From: an uncultured Planctomycetota bacterium
GTDB taxonomy: Bacteria; Planctomycetota; Planctomycetia; Isosphaerales; Isosphaeraceae
Direction: 5' to 3'
DNA: 64,000 nt
NCBI GenBank assembly: GCA_963823665.1
Contig: CAWGMQ010000004.1
Span: 1,760,001-1,824,000 of the forward strand
The notes under the pieces are model-generated. The model saw only the letters and a program-made list of their open reading frames with translations. It was not told the DNA's origin and ran no database searches. The translations under genes and the position numbers were made by a program. This document shows, piece by piece, positions 33,012-45,900 of the stretch (position 1 is its first letter; the number at the start of each line of letters is the position of its first letter).

Positions 33012-34315
33012 TCCTCGACCTCCGTACCGCTACTCATCTCGCGGATCAACTGCAGAGGCGCGTTCTTGTCGCCCGATCGAATCCGCCCGGTGATGCTGTG
33101 GAGTTGGCGACGCTTCGCCTCGGCCATGGTGCTCTTCAAGCCGAAGAAGTCACTGAGCAGGATCTGATCGGCGTCCAGGCCGTGGATGCTCTGCTTCAGC
33201 CGTTTCACGACCGTCCGATTGGTTTTTGTCCCCACCTTCAGCGTGATGATGTTCATCCACTCGAGGCTCCCAGCCACGAGAGGACTATGGGAGGTGAAAA
33301 TAAACTGCATCCGCGGGAGCGCCTTCGCGACGGTTTTGATGACCTTCATTTGCCACTTTGGGTGAAGCAACAAATCGATCTCGTCAACCATGACCACGCC
33401 CGGCACGTCGACGAGAAATTGACCGGAATGACACGCAGTCGAGAGATGATACAGCAGGTCACCGACCCAACCGATGAATCCGCGGTAACCATCGGAAAGC
33501 GAGGGAAATGGCACCCTGGTTTCGCCCCGCCTGAACTCGTACTCACGACCCGTGATGTTTTCTGTAAGCTGGAAATGCCCTGGTCCGATCATGCGCTCCA
33601 TGAGTCCCAGAACTTCCCGATAGCGACCGGGGTTGCTCTTCTTTAGCCGGGGAAGCCAGTTAGTTAACCGATAGACCAAGAATCCATCTTGAAAGGCGCT
33701 GAGAACGCGTTGGGCACGCCCGAATGGATTCCTTTCGTGGAACGCCATCGCGGGAGAATCAACCGACTCGACTCGACGGTTCGAACCATAGGCCACGCAA
33801 AAGAACGCCGAATTGTGCGACTCGTAAACCGGCGCCCAGATCCGATCGTTATCGATCCCGGCGAACTCCATGGTGTCGATCTCGCCGAGCCGCTTGAATT
33901 CCTGCATCGATGCAAATGACTCTCCATCGTCGGCCGATAACCGTGCCTCTTTCCCAGCACGCTCCGACTCGTGCCGGAACAACGTGGCGAGAATGTAAGC
34001 GATGTTTCCGCCGACGTTCTTCATTGCGTGCTCGCCGTTCGACGAAAATCGCACCAGCCGTCGCAGCGGAAGCTGAGCGCCACCCGCGGCCGGCCCCAAC
34101 GCAGCGAGCGCAATCGCCTGCAGAACAGTGGTCTTTCCTGTGGCATTCTCGCCCAAGAGCAGATTGACGTTCGGCAGCCTGGGCTTCGGCAACAGCTTCC
34201 TGGCCTTGGGATCGCTTGCGCCTTGGGTGCGAAAAACCATATCAGGATGAACGAACTGCATCTCGGTGCGAGCGAAAGTCCGAATGTTCTCCATAACCAG
34301 TTTCTCGACGTACAT
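33008..34315 (-). CDS. ABC-type AAA ATPase (Septu PtuA-like)
   Basis: GENATGKTT, YGSNR, LSDGY signature, VDEIDLLLHPKWQ, FIFTSHSP. Confidence 0.85.
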   Translation of the reverse strand: MYVEKLVMENIRTFARTEMQFVHPDMVFRTQGASDPKARKLLPKPRLPNVNLLLGENATGKTTVLQAIALAALGPAAGGAQLPLRRLVRFSSNGEHAMKNVGGNIAYILATLFRHESERAGKEARLSADDGESFASMQEFKRLGEIDTMEFAGIDNDRIWAPVYESHNSAFFCVAYGSNRRVESVDSPAMAFHERNPFGRAQRVLSAFQDGFLVYRLTNWLPRLKKSNPGRYREVLGLMERMIGPGHFQLTENITGREYEFRRGETRVPFPSLSDGYRGFIGWVGDLLYHLSTACHSGQFLVDVPGVVMVDEIDLLLHPKWQMKVIKTVAKALPRMQFIFTSHSPLVAGSLEWMNIITLKVGTKTNRTVVKRLKQSIHGLDADQILLSDFFGLKSTMAEAKRRQLHSITGRIRSGDKNAPLQLIREMSSGTEVEE

Positions 34316-34607
34316 TCTTCAGTCTCCATTCCCCCGCTGCTTCTTCCTCGGCACGCTCCGCGAAACACACGCTTAGCCTTTGCCATCCACTCCTTCCATG
34401 GCGTCATCCCGGCCGCCCTTGCATTCGAAGATATCCGCTATTCTCACCTGGAATTGGACAGTTCGGAAGTCACATCCGCAACATTGCCCAGGCGCGCGTC
34501 CACCGCTTGGGCTCGCAGCTCGTACGCCGCCAGCCGAAAAGATCTCGTCCGCGGCGCCAGCACCTCACGGCGTCGAGCGTCTCTCGCCCTCGGACCCTTC
34601 CTGAGCA

Positions 34608-35321
34608 TCACGACGCCGGATTTGGAAAATCGAGTCCATTTAACTCTTCCAGCGCACGGTCGATGTCGGCGAACTTCGGGTCTGCCTCGAGAGCGAAAAG
34701 TTCCGCGCGGAGCAATGCAGCGCGGCGGCCGACCAACTGCTGGAACCACGAAACACCCAGCGTGCGCATCTTGTCGATGACGACAGAATCTCGGCCGCGT
34801 CGAGCCAGCACCAGCCCCAGAACAGCGTTGAGAGCGACAGCCCCATGCTGCGCGCGCGCCAGAAAGCGAGGCCGCGTGTAGTCGTCAATCAGCTCCTCCA
34901 GGCGGATCGCCAGCTCGCAGTACCGTTCACGTTGGGCGGGGAGGTTCGCGGTCAGCTTCCGCACCACCATCTTGGTGGTTTCGACCTCGAGTTCGATTGG
35001 TAGCGCGTGCCTCCCATCCACCCTCAAGAGGCTCGCGGCGCCTTCGAGGGCCTCGTCGGTGGGCGCAACAGCGACGTAATTCCGGATCGCAGATCCCACG
35101 GCGACGAGGCCGGCCGGGACATTCGACCCGCGGAACTCCTCGATGAACCGCCTGAGCAATGGAAGGAGCGCGGTGGCTTGCTCGACGTCAAAGGGCAGCG
35201 CCTCTGCTTCGATGATCAGCTTCCGTCGCTCCTCATGCCCCAGACCGAGGCGCTGAAGACACTCGAGGATTGACGTACTCGCTGATTCAGGGAACTCGAT
35301 CACGTCGTCGATGGGTGCCAT
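34608..35321 (-). CDS. Hypothetical helical protein
   Basis: 237-aa ORF, GGAAGGA RBS, co-oriented with the locus; no recognised motif. Confidence 0.7.
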   Translation of the reverse strand: MAPIDDVIEFPESASTSILECLQRLGLGHEERRKLIIEAEALPFDVEQATALLPLLRRFIEEFRGSNVPAGLVAVGSAIRNYVAVAPTDEALEGAASLLRVDGRHALPIELEVETTKMVVRKLTANLPAQRERYCELAIRLEELIDDYTRPRFLARAQHGAVALNAVLGLVLARRGRDSVVIDKMRTLGVSWFQQLVGRRAALLRAELFALEADPKFADIDRALEELNGLDFPNPAS

Positions 35322-35467
35322 GGGCGTTCCTTCCAGACCTTCCGCTGTCTCTCAACGCCGCGACAGTTTCTGAACACGTTAGACGCGTAACTGCTCGACC
35401 GGTTTTTCTCAGGCTACATTCGCAATGACTCGCAAATTGTCCGCTGGCACACCGTCAGGAAGCATGT

Positions 35468-36241
35468 TCAAGGTAAGTCTAATAGACCCATCAGGAATTC
35501 CTGCACCGCGCGAACGCGCGGCAGCGCCAGCGCCGTGCCGCGTAGCCACCGGTTGTCCTGAATGGAATTCTGCACGGCCCTCCCCGGCCGAAGTATGCTC
35601 GCCATCGAGACGACAATTGCCTTGTTCCGCCCGGCGGACTTCGCGAGCTCTTGAAGATCCTCAGGCAAGAGGCTCGGATCCCCGCTCACAGAATCGACGT
35701 GCGTCGTGGCGCTTGCGAGCAAACCCGCGTAAACATGCTGGGCGCAGTCGAGGAGAACGTCCTCGAGAGTTCCCGCGCTCGTGTTATCAGGCAGTACAAA
35801 TGCCCCAAGTCGCGGTGGACCGGCGCTCACATCGCCGGCACGATCGGGAAAGCCGTATCCTTTTGCTCGAAGGCCGTCACGTATCGGCGCATATCGGTCG
35901 CCTGGCGCCACAGACGAGTCTGAATCGAGAACGACGCCGATTGCCGTTAACTTCGCCGTGTCCACCAGCACCGCGTTCTCCTCGATGGTCAGAATCAGCC
36001 GCGTGTCACCGATCGCGCTGTGGACGGCCACCGAATGGGTCGCACTCTGCAAGAAAAGTGAGACCGGAACGCGCTTCTGAAGGTCGTCGTCCGGGGGAAA
36101 GGACCGAGGGACAAGTCGTCCGAAGTATGGGTCCAGGTCGGCCAAAAACCGTACCCGCTTCAGACCGTGCGGCCTCAGAAGCCCGTACACGAGCTCGACG
36201 TCCTGTGGCCCTTCAACAACCTGGTATCCGTATTTCGGCAT
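35468..36241 (-). CDS. DUF3226-like TOPRIM-fold protein
   Basis: VVEGPQD, IGVVLDSD, FVLPDN..GTLEDVLL, NKA motifs; starts 3 bp downstream of the ATPase. Confidence 0.75.
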   Translation of the reverse strand: MPKYGYQVVEGPQDVELVYGLLRPHGLKRVRFLADLDPYFGRLVPRSFPPDDDLQKRVPVSLFLQSATHSVAVHSAIGDTRLILTIEENAVLVDTAKLTAIGVVLDSDSSVAPGDRYAPIRDGLRAKGYGFPDRAGDVSAGPPRLGAFVLPDNTSAGTLEDVLLDCAQHVYAGLLASATTHVDSVSGDPSLLPEDLQELAKSAGRNKAIVVSMASILRPGRAVQNSIQDNRWLRGTALALPRVRAVQEFLMGLLDLP

Positions 36242-36244
36242 GGC

Positions 36245-37420
36245 TCACCGAACATCCAGCGCGCGCTCGCGGCGCAGCCGCGACAGTAAATCCGCGTCGA
36301 TCCGCTTCACCGTGGTTCGTTCATCGGTTTGATCCAGATGAAACGTGACTAGATCCGGAGCCGTGTCCTGAGTCGCCAGCGCGATGGCATCGACAGCTTC
36401 CAGGCTATGCGTCGTGGCGACAACCTGCACGTGCAGATCACGGGCGACTTTCGCGAGCCAACCCAGAACTCGGCTTAGCTTCGAAGCGTGAATGCCCGTC
36501 TCGATCTCGTCGATCAGGAGCACTCCCCCGTCCTGGAGCGCCGGAATCGTGCCGGCGAGCAAGACCGCCCTGCGCAGCGCGTCTCCAAAGATGGAGAGTG
36601 GTGCCTGGCCCAGGCGCTGGTGATCAAGGTAGATTGCGGGCCTCCCTCCCTGGAACGAAGCGAGGTTAATGTCGATGATTTGCGGATCGAACTCTCGGAC
36701 AAGATCGAGGACCCTGTTCTTTTTAGGGCCGAGCAGGTGGTGCGAGAACGACCGTGCTTGGATGCGGTTGATCTGGTACGAGTAGGGGGGTGAGGGTCTC
36801 GGTCGGCGCAGGCTGCGCTGTCGAGCAACGCGTCCCACCGGTTCGACATCGTCCTCCCAAACGCGAATCGAGACGGGTTGTGGTACCGACATGCCCGATC
36901 GCAGAAGGGAGCCGTCTGATTCCACGAAGTGCTTGATTAGGGCACCACGTCTGGGTCCGAGATCGAGATCAGGCCCATCGATGAGGGGACCGAGGCCCTG
37001 CTGCTCGACGAGGGAGTGCTCCTTTTCGAGCCGATCAAACGGACTCAGCTCGCGTGACCCTTCGATTTCCTCGCAGGTCACTCTGAGTTTCCTCAGAGGA
37101 AATCGTCCGTCGCACGTCATGCTGCACTCCCCCCCGAACATCGAGTCGGCATCGGGGGCCGGCACGCTCTGGCGGAAGCACCACCGTACAGATTGGACGC
37201 GAGTCTCATCCAGCCCGCCGAAGTCCCGCCGGCACACCATCCAGATCCACTCGCTGGGGTCGGCTGCGTTGCACAGTATGGACAGAGCTTCGAGAACGCT
37301 CGTCTTGCCGCAATTGTTTGGTCCGACGAGGATATTAATAAGACCGAGACGGTCAAGACGAAGATTCCTCAGTCCGCGGAAGCCGTCGACGGTCACGCTT
37401 TCCAGAGAATAACCAGGCAT
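36245..37420 (-). CDS. ABC-type (AAA_15/AAA_21-like) ATPase
   Basis: GFRGL, GPNNCGKTSVLEAL, FGDALRR, LLIDEIETGIH, QVVATTHSLE. Confidence 0.85.
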   Translation of the reverse strand: MPGYSLESVTVDGFRGLRNLRLDRLGLINILVGPNNCGKTSVLEALSILCNAADPSEWIWMVCRRDFGGLDETRVQSVRWCFRQSVPAPDADSMFGGECSMTCDGRFPLRKLRVTCEEIEGSRELSPFDRLEKEHSLVEQQGLGPLIDGPDLDLGPRRGALIKHFVESDGSLLRSGMSVPQPVSIRVWEDDVEPVGRVARQRSLRRPRPSPPYSYQINRIQARSFSHHLLGPKKNRVLDLVREFDPQIIDINLASFQGGRPAIYLDHQRLGQAPLSIFGDALRRAVLLAGTIPALQDGGVLLIDEIETGIHASKLSRVLGWLAKVARDLHVQVVATTHSLEAVDAIALATQDTAPDLVTFHLDQTDERTTVKRIDADLLSRLRRERALDVR

Positions 37421-37457
37421 GTATCAGACCCCCAAGGCGGTGTAATCAGACAAGAGA

Positions 37458-41226
<3,769 letters not shown>

Positions 41227-41360
41227 TTTAGTTTGGCTGTCAGTTGTTTGAAGCGGAATTGGCCACAAATTGCGATGCACTAACACTCTACAGCCAATTC
41301 CAGAAGCCGGAAATGGACACAAATGGGACAAGAATCGGACAATAATTAGCCAATCGTCTC

Positions 41361-41995
41361 ATTCGTGGGATTCGTAAGATTCGTGGTTCCTCTTCTCTTC
41401 GCCGCGCCACACAAGCAGATTCGACCACGAATCGCACGAATTACACGAATCAGAAATTACTGGAAGGATGATCGCATTGCGCGCTCCAAGCGCCGATGAT
41501 CGCTTACACCTCGTCCTTGAGTGGGCTCTACACCGTTGCTCGCTTCTTCCTCCCCTTATTCGTGAGATTCGTCCGATTCGTGGTTCCTCTTCTCTTCGCC
41601 GCGCCACACAAGCAGATTCGACCACGAATCGCACGAATTACACGAATCAGAAATTACTGGAAGGATGATCGCATTGCGCGCTCCAAGCGCCGATGATCGC
41701 TTACACCTCGTCCTTGAGTGGGCTCTACACCGTTGCTCGCTTCTTCCTCCCCTTATTCGTGAGATTCGTCCGATTCGTGGTTCCTCTTCTCTTCGCCGCG
41801 CCACACAAGCAGATTCGACCACGAATCGCACGAATTACACGAATCAGAAATTACTGGAAGGATGATCGCATTGCGCGCTCCAAGCGCCGATGATCGCTTA
41901 CACCTCGTCCTTGAGTGGGCTCTACACCGTTGCTCGCTTCTTCCTCCCCTTATTCGTGAGATTCGTCCGATTCGTGGTTCCTCTTCTCTTCGCCG
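41361..41995. repeat. Tandem array with 197-bp period: three identical 161-bp IR-bounded units separated by 36-bp linkers
   Basis: Units ACCACGAAT...ATTCGTGGT at 41424-41584, 41621-41781 and 41818-41978; GATTCGTGGTTCC recurs at 41378, 41575, 41772 and 41969; orphan right end at 41361-41387. Confidence 0.95.
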
Positions 41996-42049
41996 TGGCG
42001 CGGACCAGCGCCGACCACGAATTAACCGATTCGGACGTCGCCAGAACGA

Positions 42050-42424
42050 TCATCGTACGATGCGATCGTATACAAGCTCACCATGTGCGCCGAAGTTCAC
42101 CAGCAGACCGAGACGATATCCGGTTGCTTTCAGGTAGTTATGAACCTGCGACCGGTGCTCGTCGGTCAACTCTGAGACAGCCTTGATCTCCACGATGACC
42201 TTATCGAAACACATAACGTCGGGTTCATATTTCTTCTTCAGCGTGCGGTCCTTGTACCTCAGCTTGAGCTCCGCCTGGGAGACGAACGGTATGCCCCGCA
42301 ATTCAAGCTCGATCTCGAGACATTCCTGATAGACGGGCTCGAGAAACCCACATCCCATGTGGTTGTACACCTCAAAGCACGCCCCGACGATCGCGTACGC
42401 CTCTTCTTTGAGCAGGATCTCCAT
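42050..42424 (-). CDS. GxxExxY protein (PD-(D/E)xK nuclease fold)
   Basis: GFLEPVY, PDVMCFDKVIVEIK, NYLKATG, GLLVNFG; purine-rich RBS-like stretch before ATG 42424. Confidence 0.93.
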   Translation of the reverse strand: MEILLKEEAYAIVGACFEVYNHMGCGFLEPVYQECLEIELELRGIPFVSQAELKLRYKDRTLKKKYEPDVMCFDKVIVEIKAVSELTDEHRSQVHNYLKATGYRLGLLVNFGAHGELVYDRIVR

Positions 42425-42535
42425 CGTTGCAGCCCTTTCTCTTCGCTCATTCGTGGTTCCGCTTACCCGCGCCGTGCCACACGAGCGCCAGCGCCCCGAT
42501 CGCAAACTCGGTCGTGTGAATATACCGGAGACTCG

Positions 42536-42767
42536 ACCACGAATCTCACGAATCTCACGAATCTCACGAATCAGAGATTATTGCAAAGATCATCGCATAT
42601 CGCGTTCGACGCGCCGATGCTCGCTTACGCCTCGTCGTTGGGCAGGATCTACAGCGTTGTTCTCGTCTTCGTTCCTTTATTCGTGAGATTCGTCAGATTC
42701 GTGGTCCAACTCCCCCTGGCCTTTCGCCGAACAGGCTCGACCACGAACTTCACGGATCTTACGAATC
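42536..42767. repeat. Diverged fourth IR-bounded unit (42536-42705) plus orphan left end (42740-42767)
   Basis: ACCACGAATCTCACGAATCTCACGAATCTCACGAATC ... ATTCGTGAGATTCGTCAGATTCGTGGT, with an interior homologous to the units of the 197-bp array. Confidence 0.9.
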
Positions 42768-42869
42768 AGCCGTTGCGGGCGCGATCGTCGAATAGGCCGC
42801 TCCCCGCGCCGAGATTCCCGGCAGGCCTTTCCTCTGCACCAGAGCCTCTCGTCCTTTCTTGGGGCGGGC

Positions 42870-42896
42870 AATTGTGCCGCAGGCTGCGGCACAATT
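42870..42896. repeat. Perfect 13-bp inverted repeat downstream of pglW
   Basis: AATTGTGCCGCAG-G-CTGCGGCACAATT. Confidence 0.8.
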
Positions 42897-42931
42897 CTCC
42901 CTGGGGTAGGTAGCTGGCTCGTGGTGGTTGT

Positions 42932-45900
42932 TCACTCATCCCCGCTCCTTTCAGAGGAGCCACCCCCATTCGCCCGATGCTTGTTCCGCAGCCAGCTCTC
43001 AGGTATCCGCACGCGCTGCCCCGGGCTAAGCGTCGGCACCACTTTCCCATCCAGCAGTGCCTGATGATCGCCCGCAACAAGCACCCACAGCCCAGCAATC
43101 CCATCGCGCCGCCCAATCTTGTCCCGCAAACTCTCGAGCAGCCCCATCTGCCCATAACGCGCCAAGAGCCCCGCATAAATCATGAGCATCGGCTTCTTCA
43201 CCGCATGAAGTCGCGCCTCAACAATCGGCATCGCGCGCTTCACCAGCACCATCAACCGATCCCACTTCCCATCCCCAGGATTCGCATCCGCGCTCACGAC
43301 CGCATCCCACTTCGCCCCAGCCTTGTCAACAACTTGGCGCAGCGCATCGAGAAACAAAGCTTCAAAGTCAACCAATTCGACCGGAAACCGCCGCGCAAGC
43401 TCCTGATAAGCACACTGGTAGCACTTCGGATTCACCAGCAGGACGGTGAACGACCCCTCCTTGATCCCGTGCTTCAGCCGGTCCTCAAACTGCCGCGCAT
43501 CCGCAATCTCCGGAGTGACCTCGATCTGGGTATCCTCGCCAGTCGCCATTCCCGTCGACTCGCGCACCGCCGATGCACTCGCACTCGAATACGTAAACGA
43601 CTCGGTCAACCGGCTCTTGTAACCGCCAACACCCCGCAAGGCAGGGTCCCACTCAAAATCAAACCCAGCATCGCGCAGCAACACATCCAGCTCAGGCGGC
43701 CCCGGCAGCTCGGCCGCTTCCGGGTACCGACTCTTCACGCGCTCACGAATCTCCTGCACCGTGAGCGAAGCCACCCCATAAATCGCCCCCTGCGAGAGCT
43801 TGAGCGCCCGCGCCGCCTCCATTCCCCTGGGATAAAACTCATGCCTGCTCGAAAGCGCCGAATGACACGACGCCAGCGCCGCCAGCCGCACCAGCCGTGA
43901 GTCGGCAATCAGCGGCGAGCCGTCCGGCGCAGAAAGGTCGCGCAGTCGCTCAAGCGCGCGCTGCGGCGGCACCAGCGGGTCTTCCCCCGCCAGCTTGTCG
44001 CCAATTTCCCCCAGTCGCAGCGCAAAAGCCGCCAGCTCCGGACTGAGCGCCACCAGCACCCGGGCACCCTCTCGCCGCACGTGAAACCGCGGCTCGCGCA
44101 TCGACCGCTCAACTTCGACCGCCGCCCGAACAACAGCCCGGGCAAGCGCCGTTCGCCGCGGCTCATCCTCGACCGACCCCCGCGCAACCACCAGCGCCTC
44201 GGCCAGCTCCGGCACGAGCATCACGCCACCAGCCGACCCCATAATCCCGGAGACATCCGTGCGCAGCCGCGTGATCGCGGGCTCCTTGGCCCAGCGAGCT
44301 TGATAAGTGCCCACAACCTGGCTCAGACGTCCTCGACTGAACTTGCACAACTGCGCCACTTCAGCCTGGCTCGGCCACGGCTTTCCGGTCTCACCGCCCA
44401 GACACAGAAGCACGCTCATCACGCCGGCCGCTGGATCAGGCCCGTCCGTCCGTGCCTTGGGCAGCAAGCGCCCGGCCAGCAAGTCAATACTCAGGCTCGC
44501 CGTATCAGCCTCTTCTCCTGGCGCAGGTGCTTCATCCACCACCGGCGGTCCGCTCGACGCGGAACCAGCAGGCGAGCCAAGCCGTTCGCGCAGAATCCGG
44601 ACCGCGGTCACAATCTCGCGCCGCGTCTTGTTCCCCACGCCGCGCAGCCGCGCGAGCCGGCGAATCGGCACCGTGAGCAAATCTTCGACCGTCAGCAGGT
44701 TCGCACGATCGAGTGCGTTCGTCGCCCGCGTGCCCAGGCCCAGCTCGTGCACCTGGGTATCAAACGTCGCCCCCGCAAGCAGCGACCGCAACGTCTCCTC
44801 GTCGACGTGGTCCGAGAGCGTGCCGGGTTGTTCGATGTTCTCAAAACAGTGCCGCCACTCGGTGAGCATCTCCTCGGCGTTATCGAACCGCTGCGCGACA
44901 TTGCGCCGAAACGCCTTGCGAAAAAACCCGGTCAGCCGCTCGCGAAGACTCGCGTCAAACAGCTCGGCGTCAATGGTGATCTCACAAGTCATGTGGCTTG
45001 GGTCCGTAGTGCCATCGCCCCATCGCGGCAGGGTCCCTGTAGCGAGCTCGTGCAGCGTCGCGGCCGCGGCATAGCGCTCCGCATGAAGGTCCCAGCGCGG
45101 AGGCTTGCGCAAAGGGAGCAGGGGGTCGAGGTAGCCCGTGGTCCCCGCTCGAATGTTCTCGTTGGGCATCCGCGCCAGCGAGAAATCAAAGAGCATGAGA
45201 TGAAGCGTATCGCTCCGTCCGACCATTCCTACGGCAATGTTATCCGGCTTGATGTCGCGATGAGCGATACCCTGCTCCTGGAGGTAATTCAGAACATCGA
45301 GCAGGTCCACCCCGAACCGCTGGAGGTGGTCGATATGCAACCGTCCCTCCTTGCGCAGCCGCTGCCCCAGAGTCTCGACCCGTTTCTCATTCTTGTCGAC
45401 AAGGACCGGCCGCATCAGAAAGCCCGCGTGCTCGCCGATCGGAGCCTTGTCGCAGAATTCGACAATATGCTGATGCCGCAGTTTCTGGAGCACCTCGGCT
45501 TCATTCTGAATGCGATCGTTCTGCTCGGGGTCGTTCGCCGCCTTGAGCACATAATCCTGCCCACCGCGTTCGACGAGCAGCGCAATGGAGCAGGCACCAT
45601 GCCCCAACCGCCTGATCACCGTCAACCCGCCCGGGAGCAGATCGCCTTTCTGAGCTTGTTCAGGATCGACGACGTACTGATGTTCGGGTGCGGTCAGCTC
45701 GTCCTCGACGCCCTCGAGCAGCTCCAGAAAATCCGCGACCGAATCAATCCGGCTCGTGATCTCCGGATGCGTCGCAAACCGGACCAGGTCCTGAAGATTC
45801 TGACCGGCGCCGTTCATGACCGAGCTGATTTGCAATCCCTTGGTTTCACGAAGCTTGTTGGAAAGCTCAAGCCCGCTCGCCGCGGGCGGCTCGGCCGAGA

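Noticed and set aside
32115..34600. Retron system
   Set aside because: There is no reverse transcriptase and no recognisable msr-msd inverted repeats near the ATPase/HNH pair.
41311..41342. AAATGGACAC/AAATGGGACA/GAATCGGACA repeats upstream of pglX
   Set aside because: Too short and degenerate to call an operator.
41359..42186. Repeated small ORFs (66-98 aa) in the tandem array
   Set aside because: They are by-products of the repeat; the only gene-like frame is the stop-interrupted GxxExxY relic.
41361..42767. CRISPR array
   Set aside because: The repeated unit is 161 bp, three linkers are identical rather than unique spacers, and no cas genes are present.
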